From the human T2T-CHM13v2.0 reference genome, Homo sapiens, in assembly GCF_009914755.1 (NCBI RefSeq), contig NC_060947.1: a stretch of 64,000 nucleotides of DNA. The stretch is one strand, 5' to 3'. Positions 47,507-64,000 of this stretch are shown here, one piece after another (the first letter of the stretch is position 1; each line of letters starts with the position of its first letter). The notes beneath the pieces were generated by a model. That model saw nothing but the letters and a program-made list of their open reading frames with translations, was not told the DNA's origin and ran no database searches. Position numbers and translations under genes: made by a program.

Positions 47507-47704
47507 CAAGGGTCGGCAAACCACAGCCCACCACCTCTTTTTGTAAATAAGGTTTTAATGGAACAAAGCCATGCCCATTTGGTTACATATTCTCTATGGC
47601 TGCTTTTGCACTATAACAGAGTTAAGTAGTTGTAATAGTATAGCTTGAAAAGCCTAAAATATTAACTAACTGGCTCCTTCCCCCCAAAAGTTTACTGACT
47701 CATG
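47507..47704. mobile_element. MER58A hAT MITE with intact 8-bp TSD
   Basis: Begins caagggtcggcaaac. TSD GTCTAAAA at 47499-47506 and 47705-47712. Confidence 0.88.
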
Positions 47705-47874
47705 GTCTAAAATATAATTTGCTCAAAGACATAATGAATCTAAAAAAGGATAAAAGTCTCTATGTTATCAAGTCATACTACTCTCTCATAGTGACTGTAA
47801 CTATAGGCCTAAGCGCATCAATTTTTATGGTTTTAGTTCTTGTAAACAAAGTGAATTGGGTATAAACAACTTAC

Positions 47875-48077
47875 TTCAGATACTTTATTCCAGTTTTCTG
47901 TCTCTAGTTTGTGTTGACTTTGTTTAAGTTGGTTTAAACTTGGCTTAATAAGAGAATTTCCTACTGCTTCCTTTGTCCAGTCATCCACCAGCTTGTGTAA
48001 GTCATCTGTGAACATCCCTTTTTTACTGGCTGGAGACTGTTGGCATGATGCTGCATTACTCTCCACACACAGTGGAT
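47875..48077 (-). CDS. WNK3: WNK3 penultimate exon (203 nt) with the conserved WNK C-terminal helix [16 protein letters not shown]
   Basis: Acceptor tgttgttgtttttttgtcttatAG|AT at 48078/48077 and donor TCTGAA|GTAAGT at 47875/47874 (phase 0). [14 protein letters not shown] is the WNK-family C-terminal signature. Confidence 0.95.
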
Positions 48078-48189
48078 CTATAAGACAAAAAAAACAACAA
48101 CAGGGAAACCATGAAAAAGAATTAAAACTGATAATCAGATAACTCTTTGGCCAACAAAGCAGTTAACAGAGCCACACATGGGGTGCAAT

Positions 48190-48629
<440 letters not shown>

Positions 48630-49556
48630 GGTATAAATCAAGGGTAATAAATAGTACTCATAAAAATTAGTATAAACTCTAATCTTTTCACCAGCTCCCT
48701 CAGATAGATACTTTAAAGATTAAAAAAGAATCAAATAATGTTAAAAACAAAAAAAAAAAGGTCTAGTGCAAGCCACTTTTATAATGGGAAAACAAGGCCC
48801 AGAATAAGTAAACTGACATGCCCAAGTTCTTGCAACTAATTACCAGCAGAGACAGGCCTGGAACTCTAAAGCCTAGACAAAGACACTCTATCTTTTCAAT
48901 GTACCATACTGACTTTTAAGAAGCTTCAGAAAACTAGAATCTCATTTTATTTTTTACCGATATTTCTGTTTACGATTTAAAAAGATGAATGTGTATCTAG
49001 AATAGCAGAAATGAAGACACAGATGGTTTGATGAGCCTCATGAGTTGTGGAGCATAAGATGTTCAAATAAATGAAAGAAATCAATTACAGAGAATTCCAT
49101 AAGTATACTTTCCTAATCTGAACATCACACTAAGTCTTTACATGATAATTGAGTACTATTACTCATGCTTATGATATCATTCTTACAGGAAATATTCATA
49201 GAGTTCCAATTCCTCTGACTGAATTATAAGCCAAAAACTTACAGAGTGGTTCTAAAATTAATTTTAGGAAATACAGTTGTAAATTTAAGCACAATAACAG
49301 TTCCAGGGATTTAACAAGCATGTGAAGATGCCTTATACATGTGTTATGGTACTTCTTTTAATCATGAAAAAATACAAAAAAAATTGCAAGAGGTAATGCA
49401 AGAAGCTTCCATATTAATACTTTTTGAAACTTATAACAGGCCTGTGATATAAACAAGTGTCATTCTGTTTTATAGACAGTAAAACTGGGACCCAGAAGAT
49501 TAACAACTGGCGTCATATGCTGGGGCTAGAATCCAGATATCCTGACTGTCAGTTCA

Positions 49557-49902
<346 letters not shown>

Positions 49903-50003
49903 TTAATAAAGGGAAACATGACAATCTCAATGATTGCATATGCATAGTCTGTGATTTTCTATGAACCCTGTGCTACTGAAAATTTAGATTCAAAGGTGAT
50001 TAA

Positions 50004-50228
<225 letters not shown>

Positions 50229-51092
50229 TGACCTCAAGTGATCTGCCTGCCTCAGCCTCCCAAAGTGCTGAGATTACAGGTGTGAGCCACTGCACCCAGC
50301 CTTAAATATCAAAGGGAAACACAGTAGTGTTGTATAAGAAGAGTTTAATGAATTAATCAGAACATTCACATATACAAGAGTTTTAAAACAACATTTACTA
50401 ATTTGGGGCAACCATGATATATCAAAATGACATACTAACTTGTTGGAATCCCAATTTTTCTAAGACATAAAATCCTGAGACACAAAAGTCAGTCTATAAT
50501 AAAAGTATCATTTCTTCTTGTTATCCCTTTGCACATTCAACTAATTCTCTGCTTATTCCAGCGAGGGAGCAAAGAGCACAACAAAGTTGGGGAAGACTTT
50601 AGAGCCTAAGCTTTTATAGACTGTGTTCTCAACCTAGAAGAATGTCAGCAGGTAGAATTAAAAAGAGAAGATAGCCAGAAACAGGAATGTATCAATGCCC
50701 ACAGTTTTGCCTATCCGTCTTCTCTTAGAAATATTTTTGTGCCCAATCCCTTCAGCTTCTAAAGCATTTGTTGCAGAGAGGTTAGGTCTAAATGTCATTA
50801 ATTTAAGAACATTTCTGGGGCTGGCACAGTGGCTCACGCCTGTAATCCAATCATTCTGGGAGGCCAAGGTAGGTGGATCACCTGAGGTCAGGAGTTTGAG
50901 AGCAGCTTGGCCAACATGGTGAAACCCCGTCTCTACCAAAAATACAAAATTAGCTGGCCATGGTAGTGGGTGCCTGTAATCCCAGCTACTCAGGAGGCTG
51001 AGGCAGGAGAATTGCTTGAACCTGGGTGGTGGAGGCTGCAGTGAGCCGAGATCACGCTACTGCACTCCAGCCTGGGAGACAGAGTGAGATTC

Positions 51093-51168
51093 CACACACA
51101 CACACACACAAAACCAAACCAACCAACCAACCAACCAACCAACCAACCAACCAAACAAACAACAAAAA
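51093..51168. repeat. (CA)n and (CCAA)n microsatellites replacing an Alu tail
   Basis: cacacacacacacacacaaaaccaaaccaaccaaccaaccaacc... Confidence 0.9.
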
Positions 51169-52799
51169 AAAGAACATTTCTGGGTGGGAGGGAGAAAAAG
51201 AAGAGAAATGAAAAAAGAACATTTCTCCACTAAGGGAAATAAAATGTTAGGACTCTTCTTGTGTATAACTCTGGTCTAACAAGTTATCTTAAATACTCAA
51301 TTGGCAGTAAATTAAGGCTGCTGAACTAGTGGCACAATAGCCAACAAGTGGAGGAAAAAATAATTAACAAACTGAAGCAAGTATTTAAATGAAACAGGGA
51401 CTAGGGCAACAACCACTGCACTCCAGCCTGGGCGACAAAGCAAGACCGTGTCTCTTAAGCAGGCAACAGAAAGAACAACTACACACACACATACACACAC
51501 AAACACACACAAAGTTATGAAGAACAATGTGCCATATGAAAAGGAAAAAAATGCTATTTGAATGTTATTCAGTATCTATGCTTTACATAAAGCAGGATCA
51601 TTTATTTACTGATTTCATTTAAAAGTTATTCATATCATAATATAAAAGACCACTTAATTCAAAGCTCACAAGCCAGAAAATACCCAATCAATGCACATTA
51701 AAATAAGTACTATGCAAACGTGGTTTATGATAGGTAGTAATAACATATTAACTTCAAATGTGCTCTTTAATATTCATTTCTTATTGATGAAATGAATAAA
51801 ACCAGAGTTCAGTCCTTGATGTTCTTTTTTGTTCTTTCCTCCAAGGTGATGCCTATATTCAGACAGTTTCAGTGATCACTCCACTGCATTATTTCTATCT
51901 CTTATCCTATACCTTGATTTCTCTCTTCAATCACAATCTCACAACCAATTCCCAAATGTATTTTTCTACTTGGATGTTAATAAATTATTCAATTCAGGCC
52001 AGGCATGGTGACTCCCATCTGTAATCCTAGTACTTTAGGAGGCTGACACAGGAGGATTGCTTGAGGCCAGGAGTTCAAGACCAGCCTGGGCAACATAGGA
52101 GGATCTCGTCTCAAAAAAAATTTGCTGGGCATGGTGGCACACACCAGTAGTCCCAGCTACTTGGGAGGTTAAGGTGGGAGGCTTGATTGAGCCCAGGAGT
52201 GCAGGGTTATGGTGAACTATGATCACGCTACTGCATTCCTACCTGGGTGACAGTGAGACCCTGTCTCTAAAAAAATTAAATTAAAAAATAAATAATTCAA
52301 GTCAATATACCTGGGGTCAAACCTATCACAATCCTGGCATGACGATTTGCTTAAATGTCATACTTCTGTTTAAGATACTGCATTTTTTTCCAAACCACTC
52401 AAACTCAGATCCTTTGGATCTCCCCACCAATACACAAATCTCCAGTCCATCACTACGTCATGAAATTCCTCCTATACAATGTCTCTTGTCCACTTTCATT
52501 TCTACCATTCTATAAGCTCTTAATTATCTCATGCATAGACTACTATGATTGCAGTGATCTAAATGGACTCACTCCTTGGCTCTAGCCAATATATTCTTCA
52601 AACTACCACCAGATTAATATGAGTGAAGGCTGGGCACGGTGGCTCATGCCTGTAATCCCAGCACTTTGGGAGGCCGAGGTGGCTGGATCACATGAGGTCA
52701 GAAGTTCGACACCAGCCTGACCAACATGGTTAAACCCTGTCTCTACTAAAAATACAAAAATTAGCTGGGGATGGTGGTGCACACCTGTAATCCCAGCTA

Positions 52800-53030
<231 letters not shown>

Positions 53031-53412
53031 TTAGGTGGCAAAGACCTGGGAAATCATGGTTGTCCTTGCAGAACAAGTACATTATTTTATTTATTATCCT
53101 TAAACTAACATGTATCACTTATTAAGCTTAAATATATAATTGTTTTAGATCAGATTCATTATCTTACACTAAACACTAACAGAAACATGCTGTGGCAGCT
53201 GCCAAATTTTTTTAAGTACAGAAGGAAAACTTTCTACTGTAAATCCTCCATTTCACCCAACTATTTGAAAGTTACATGTCTTTCTTGCAAATCTTGCATT
53301 TTTACCGTTTGCATGCCTTAATATCATGAAATTCTATCTATTGACAATACTCTTTCCACTTCCCTTAATTTCAATTCTGCCCATTTATCTTTTTTTTTTT
53401 TTTTTTTTTTGA

Positions 53413-53739
<327 letters not shown>

Positions 53740-53915
53740 TGAAGCATTCTCAGACCACTATCATCATTCATTCCCCTCAACCCACTACAGGTAAAATTTA
53801 TGGTTTTGGGAAGCAATGCAGTATAATAGTTAAAAGCCAAGGCTTTGAAGTCAGACAGATTTGGATTCTCTCACCTATTAACTGAGATCCAAAAGAAGTT
53901 ACTTAACCTCACTAA

Positions 53916-54209
<294 letters not shown>

Positions 54210-54576
54210 TAGCCAGGATGGTCTCAATCTCCTGACCTCGTGATCCACCCGCCTCGGCCTCCCAAAGTGCTAGGATTACAGGTGTGAGCCACCGCGCCCG
54301 GCCCAATATATACCTTTTTAGACAGGGTCTGGCTCTGTCACACTCCTGGACTCAAGCAATCCTCCCACCTCAGCCTTCTGAGTAGCTGTGATTACAGGCG
54401 TGTGCCACCATGCCCAACTAATTTTTGTATGTTTTGTAGAGATGGGGTTTCGACATATTGCCCAGGCTGGTCTCAAACTCCTGAGCTCAAGTGATCTGCC
54501 TGCCTTGGCCTCCCAAAGTGCTGGGAGTACAGGCATGAGCCACACGCCCAGCCTAACACATGCAATATTTTTATTA

Positions 54577-55079
54577 TGTCTTGGGATCTCCCAGACCACC
54601 CACACATTCAGTGATTCACCAGGTCTCCAAGGACTCAAGATATAGTTGTATTCATAGCTAAGGTTTATTACAGTGAAAGATACACATTACGGTCAGCAAA
54701 GGGAAAAGACAGGAGTCTAGAGAAATTCATGCTCAGACTTCCATATGTTCTCTCCCTATCCTTTCTCCAGCAACAAAAAAATACAGCAACAGGTGTACAC
54801 ATTTCTACCCAGGAAAGCCCATTAGAGACTTAGTGACCATGGTTTTCACTGGGGGCTGGTCTCAGAGGCACGTACTAAAATTCCAGACTCTGAGGAGGAA
54901 AACATGTGTTCAGGATAAATCACATTATTTGTACCAACAAACCAGGCAAACTGAACTATTTACCGGTTAGGGAACAGAGGGAAACCAAGTTCCCACATAC
55001 CAGCCAAGGGCCAATCTTGCCAGCAGGCCTGTCTAAAGATAGCAGTCTCATGTCTGTTAGGTTGGCTCTATTCTGTACA
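54577..55079. mobile_element. MER21-like ERV LTR
   Basis: ggactcaagatatagttgtattcatagctaaggtttattacagtgaaagatac...cagccaagggccaatcttgccagcaggcctgtctaaagatagcagtctca. Confidence 0.7.
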
Positions 55080-55112
55080 GTTTACTACAATGCTCATATT
55101 ATAAGTTAACTA

Positions 55113-55352
<240 letters not shown>

Positions 55353-55413
55353 TCAACTCATGTTTCCAACAAAACATGTATAATTGTGGGCAGGGAAGGA
55401 TATATACGTGTTA

Positions 55414-55627
<214 letters not shown>

Positions 55628-56977
55628 TGATGGCCAAGCTGGTCTCGAACTCCTAACCTCAGGTGATCTGCTCACCTCAGCCTCCCCAAGTGTTGGGATT
55701 ACAAGCATGAGCCACCGCACCTGGCCAAGCACTGCTTCCTAAAATGGGTTCCCTGGTAAAATTGTTTTGGGAGATTTTGTATATTATTTCCTTTCTTGGA
55801 CATTCTCAATTCATATTAGCACATTAAAGGACCTAAGAAATTCTACAGTGGAGAGACTGGTATTTATATTATTTAATACCACATTTCGCATTTGACCATG
55901 TAACACCTATTAACTCCCTGCTGACAACTTATGAAATGCTGTGCTAAGGCCAACAAATGTGTCCACCAATCTTGGCCAAATGGGAAAAAGATGAAATGTC
56001 AGCAAGTTTTGAAAGAGCACTATTGGAGCTAGAAATATGAAATCACCTGTTCCTGTGAGAGGCAATAAGGTAACAAAACTACTGGAAGGTACATGTGGAG
56101 CATCCTGTCTTTGTGAACTTGGCCTCCATGAGTTATAAAAAGAAAAAGAAAATGAAGATAATTTAGTTCCTACTTAAGAAGACATGACCATTTTTATATT
56201 AAATCTGGTTCGAGGGCCTGACATAGTGGCTCACGCCTGTAATCCCAATGACTCTGGAGGCAGAGGTGGGAGGATTGCTTGAGGTCAGGAGTTTGAAATC
56301 AGCCTGGGCAACATAGCAAGACCCCATCTCTACAAAAAAAATTTTAAAAAAGATTTGCCAGGCACAGTGGCACACGCCTATAGTCCTGGCTACTTGGGAG
56401 GCTGAGGCAGGAGGATTGCTTGAGCCCAAGAGTTTGAGGTTACAGTGAGCTATGACTGAGCCACTGTACTCTAGCCTGGGTGACAAAGCAAGACCCTGTC
56501 TCTAAAAAATAAATAGATAAATAACAAAGTCTGGTTTGGAACCCATCTAAATATTTTAATAAATAAGTTAATTTAACAGAAGTACAATAATCAGATACTC
56601 TCCTTCCTGCCTACTGAAAAAAAATAATTTCTGGCTTCCAGTATGACAGAGTGAGGACGTTAAGAAACCTCCCTCAAAAGGAATCCTAAAATTGGACAAA
56701 ATTCAAAAACAATCACTTTAGTACTCCAGAATTTGTCCTAAGGAATACAACAAAATCAGAAGCATTTATTCGTGAAAACTACTGAACTTTTCAGGTAAGA
56801 ACTGTGCAATCTGTGGTGTTTTTGCACAAGGCTGTTCCCATCACCCCCACCCAGCTCTGTTGCCCAGCAAAGTGGGGCATTCTGAGAAAACAGTAAGTTT
56901 GGCTGCTGTTGCTGCTACCATAGGGGATTCACTTGATTTAGAACTTTAGAAGCAGGTACTCCATTAGCCTGAGGTTA

Positions 56978-57475
<498 letters not shown>

Positions 57476-57914
57476 TCAAGACAAGCCTGGCCAATATGGT
57501 GAAACATCGTCTCTACTAAAAATACAAAAATTAGCCGGGCGTGGTGGCGGGCGCCTGTAGCCCCAGCTACTCGGAAGGCTGATGCAAGAGAATCAATCGC
57601 TTGAGCCCGGGAGGCGGAGGTAGCAGTGAGCCAAGATTGCGCCCCTGCACTCCAGCCTGGGTGACAGGACGAGACTCTGCCTCAAAAAAAAAGAGACAAT
57701 GAGAAAAATCTCCAAACTCTTCAAAATTAAACAACACACTACCAATAATCCATGGATAAAAGAGGAAGTCTCAAGGGAAATTAGAAAACATTTAGAACTC
57801 AAAAAAAAAAGAAAATATAGGGCCGGGTGCTGTGGCTTACGCCTGTAATCCCAGCACTTTGGGAGGTTGAGGCGGGCGGATCATGAGGTCAGGAGATGGA
57901 GACCATCCTGGCTA

Positions 57915-58133
<219 letters not shown>

Positions 58134-59242
58134 TCAAAACCTAGGGAATACTGGAGTACAAAGAATAAACTTCAATGTATGCAAAGGTAAAAAAAAAAAT
58201 CATTTAGGAGGTCATGAGATCCCAGGATAGAATGTATTTGTCAAAATGCACAGAAAAGGCACAAAGAATGAACCTTAATATATGCAAGTTTAAAAAGCAA
58301 TTTAGGAGGTCAGGGAATCCCAGAAGGGAATGTAGAATTTGATGAAAGCATCTAATCATATTGAAAATGTATGAAGCAACCTCATATAAGCGGGTAAAAG
58401 AACAGATGCTGAACTATATATAACTTTGGAAATGAGTGGCACCTGTAATACTGAAGGCAAAAGAAACTGTACATAAGCATTGTATTTTACTTTATAAAAG
58501 TATTTCCCACTAGGGTTTGGGTTAAAATTCTGAAACTACGATACCTGTACACTGGAATTAAACAAGTAAATGGCTGGAGGATGGTGGGAGCCAGGTTTCT
58601 CACTTCTGGAGTGGGAGGTTACAGATAAGCAAATAGATAAGTCGATAAGGGCAGAATGATCCATGTGGTAATGGATTAGAGTTGGAGACATCAATATGAA
58701 TGCAAATTTACCTTAATATAAATACAGATGATTACATATAGAAATATTCATAGGTAGGGATATGTGTGTGTATATATATGTTAGTATACACATGTATAGT
58801 TCCTTATCAGCTAAGAGGGCCTAGAAGCAATGATACCTCAAGCACTCAAATCTTGGTTTCTTTTTTGTGAAAAAGGGTCTCACTCCGTCACCCAGGATGG
58901 AGTGCAGTGGTGCAATAACAATAACTGTTCACTGAAGTCTCAACCTCCCAGGATCAAGCAATCCTCCTACCTCAGCCTCCTGCGTAGCTGGGACTACAGG
59001 TGTGCGCTACCATGACGGGCTAATTTTTTTTTTAAATTTTTTGTAGATATGGGGTGTCACTATGTTGCCAGGGGTGGTCTTGAAATCCTGGGCTCAAGTA
59101 ATCCTGCTGCCTCGGCCTCCCAAATGATTTTAAAGGACAAAAATAAGAGATAATGAGCGGTGGCTCACACCTGTAATCCCAGCACTTTGGGAGGCTGAGG
59201 TGGGCGCATCACAAGGTCAGAAGATCAAGACCAGCCCGGTCA

Positions 59243-59642
<400 letters not shown>

Positions 59643-59672
59643 TCACAAAGAAAAAAAGAGAAGACAAATTAA

Positions 59673-60183
<511 letters not shown>

Positions 60184-60624
60184 TGAAAAGTTAAAAACCT
60201 CCCAAAAAAGAAATCTCTGAGCCCAGATGGTTTCATTGGAAAAATTTCCCAGACATTTAAAGAAGAAATAATACTAACTCAAGACAAACTCTTCAGAAAA
60301 TAGAAAAGGAAGGAGAAGATGGACTTCTAAAAATGCAGAATAAGGGCCTGGGTAAACTTTCTTGTATTCAAAAACAATAAAAATATAGGCAAAACAACTA
60401 GAACCAACCACCCCTGACAATTATCCAAAGCCATAGAATAAAACTAAAAACCTCTATGAAAGACAAACTATGGAAACTACTGGCATCTGTGACACTTTGA
60501 CTTGGGGCAATTCTCATTCCCCCTTGTTCCCCAGCTCAGCGTTGTGGTAGCCAACAAACAGCAGCACTGCAGACAATGGAGCAATCATACCTCTTTTTGA
60601 GCTCCCTTAAAAACACCATCTCCA

Positions 60625-61051
<427 letters not shown>

Positions 61052-61074
61052 TCAATATTTTGCAGCACCCTGGA

Positions 61075-62203
61075 GCTCTCCCTCTCTCTCCGTCTCCTCT
61101 CTCCCTCTTTGCACGGTCTCCCTCTGATGCCCAGCCCAGGCTGGACTGTACTGCCGCCATCTTGGCTCACGGCAACCTCCCTGCCTGATTCTCCTGCCTC
61201 AGCCTGCCGAGTGCCTGGGATTGCAGGCGCGCGCCGCCACGCCTGACTGGTTTTCGTATTTTTTGGTGGAGACGGGTTTCCCCGCGTTGGCCGGGCTGGT
61301 CTCCAGCTCCCGACCGCGAGTGATCTGCCAGCCTCGGCCTCCCGAGGTGCCGGGATTGCAGACGGAGTCTCGCTCACTCAGTGCTCAATGTTGCCCAGGC
61401 TGGAGTGCAGTGGCGTGATCTCCGCTCGCTACAACCTCCACCTCCCAGCCGCCTGCCTTGGCCTCCCAAAGTGCCGAGATTGCAGCCTCTGCCCGGCCGC
61501 CACCCCGTCTAGGAAGTGAGGAGCGCCTCTTCCCGGCCGTCATCCCGTCTAGGAAGTGAGGAGCGTCTCTGCCCGGCCGCCCATCGTCTGGGATGTGGGG
61601 AGCACCTCTGCCCCGCCGCCCTGTCTGGGAAGTGAGGAGCCCCTCTGCCCGGCCGCCACCCAGTCTGGGAAGTGTACTCAACAGCTCATTGAGAACGGGC
61701 CATGATGACGATGGCGGTTTTGTCGACTAGAAAAGGGGGAAATGTGGGGAAAAGAAAGAGATCAGATTGTTACTGTGTCTGTGTAGAAAGAAGTAGACAT
61801 AGGAGACTCCATTTTGTTCTGTACTAAGAAAAATTCTTCTGCCTTGGGATGCTGTTAATCTATAATCTTACCCCCAACCCCGTGCTCTCTGAAACATGTG
61901 CTGTGTCCACTAAGGGTTAAATGGATTAAGGGCGGTGCAAGATGTGCTTTGTTAAACAGATGCTTGAAGGCAGCATGCTCGTTAAGAGTCATCACCACTC
62001 CCTAATCTCAAGTACCCAGGGACACAAACACTGCGGAAGGTGGAAGGCGGCAGGGCCCTCTGCCTAGGAAAACCAGAGACCTTTGTTCACATGTTTATCT
62101 GCTGACCTTCCCTCCACTATTGTCCTATGACCCTGCCAAATCCCCCTCTCCGAGAAACACCCAAGAATGATCAATAAATACTAAAATATATATATATATA
62201 TAT
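61075..62203 (+). mobile_element. Full-length SVA retrotransposon (old subfamily, probably SVA_A/B), antisense in a WNK3 intron
   Basis: Degenerate CCCTCT head at 61075-61100, antisense Alu-like region, VNTR at ~61485-61675 (about 5 units), SINE-R, AATAAA at ~62173. 20-bp TSD ATATTTTGCAGCACCCTGGA at 61055-61074 and 62204-62223. Confidence 0.95.
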
Positions 62204-62787
62204 ATATTTTGCAGCACCCTGGAAAGATTTCTATTTCCCAAGTGTGGTGGAGATTTGATTTCACTCAAAGCTCTGCTCACCTGGCAGTGGAAGAGCATAG
62301 TGGGATGGAGAGTAGGGGGCTACCTGCAAGGCATTACTGAAACTATGGGAAAGTGCAGGCAACAACTCAGCTGCCTAAGGCTGAGATTTCAGTTGGGGCA
62401 AATAAGAACCTAGACTAGAATTAAAAGGGAATTCTGGGAGAACTAGATGACCATAAGAAACTTTGAAAACCTCTAACATATTCTTGGCAATATAAAAGTC
62501 TGGCATGCCCACGAAAGACCTAAGAAAGGAGAAGGTGCCAATCACTCACTTCTGGTTGACCTTGAGTTCCTAGGCAAGCAGGAAGTAAATCAAAGGTTGT
62601 CTTACAAACTGTCTGAAGTTTGATCTCTAACAGAGATCCCTTTGGAAAAGATATCCAGGCAAGGCACTTAGTGAACTCTTCTGACCAATCATGGCTCATC
62701 ACTAAACGGCACTAGCCCAGGTGTGAACCTTGGGAAACCAGGCTTAAAAATTAAAAATAAATAAATAAAAACAAATCCAACAGGGAG

Positions 62788-63650
<863 letters not shown>

Positions 63651-63969
63651 GGCTCTTTGAAAAAGAAAATCCAGCAGGGAATTCAATGGCCATACACTGC
63701 AGGGAATGTAAAATTTGTCCAGGAAAATCACTAAATAATTAGCAACAAGAAAAACAACAACAACCCTTGAGGGGTAGAAGAATCCGATACTAGAAGTTCT
63801 TTAATATATTATTTAAAATGTCCAGTTTGCACCACAAAATTAAGAGACACGCAAAGAAACAGGAAAGCATGACATATGCAGGAAAAAAGGGGACCCAACA
63901 AAAACATCCTGGAGGGGGCCTATATTTTGGACTTAGTAGACAAAGCTTTTATATCAGCTATTATAAATA

Positions 63970-64000
63970 CAGTTGACCCTTGAACAAAACAGGTTTGAAC
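63970..64000 (+). mobile_element. Start of a Tigger2/MER8-type TcMar element (truncated by window end)
   Basis: TA|CAGTTGACCCTTGAACAAAACAGGTTTGAAC terminal inverted repeat following a TA target. Confidence 0.7.

Noticed and set aside
47884-47889. AATAAA on minus within the WNK3 penultimate exon
   Set aside because: It encodes Asn-Lys and lies 9 nt from a strong U1 site. Cleavage would precede the next in-frame stop, so it is unlikely to be used.
61485-61675. Regularly spaced ~40-bp repeats resembling a CRISPR array
   Set aside because: This is the SVA VNTR; there are no unique spacers and the context is eukaryotic.

Overview
Alu-dense primate genomic DNA. Gene content identifies it as human Xp11.22. 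Two genes lie in tandem on the minus strand. The first is the 3' end of the kinase gene WNK3: penultimate exon 47875-48077, last coding exon 44208-44537, and a ~5.5 kb 3'UTR ending near 38.7 kb. About 9 kb downstream is the 5' part of FAM120C: CpG-island promoter at ~28.4-29.55 kb, coding exon 1 at 28389-29087, exon 2 at 5265-5511 and exon 3 at 3584-3666 (exon 3 is missed by the ORF track). The rest is intronic or intergenic: roughly 55 Alu pieces, L1 and L2 fragments, MIRs, LTRs, hAT/Tigger DNA transposons and one full-length SVA with a 20-bp TSD. Almost all ORF-track entries are Alu/L1 artefacts. No tRNA, rRNA or CRISPR array was seen, and I found no clearly new multi-gene system. The best leads are RNA-processing ones. 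(1) An MLT1 LTR nested in a sense-oriented Charlie8-like transposase fossil could supply a terminal exon giving a 238-aa FAM120C. (2) FAM120C exons 2+3 total 330 nt with phase-0 ends, so a back-spliced circle would carry a stop-free ORF. (3) A WNK3 penultimate-exon to FAM120C exon-2 read-through splice would be in frame. Several retrotransposon rearrangement scars are also visible.
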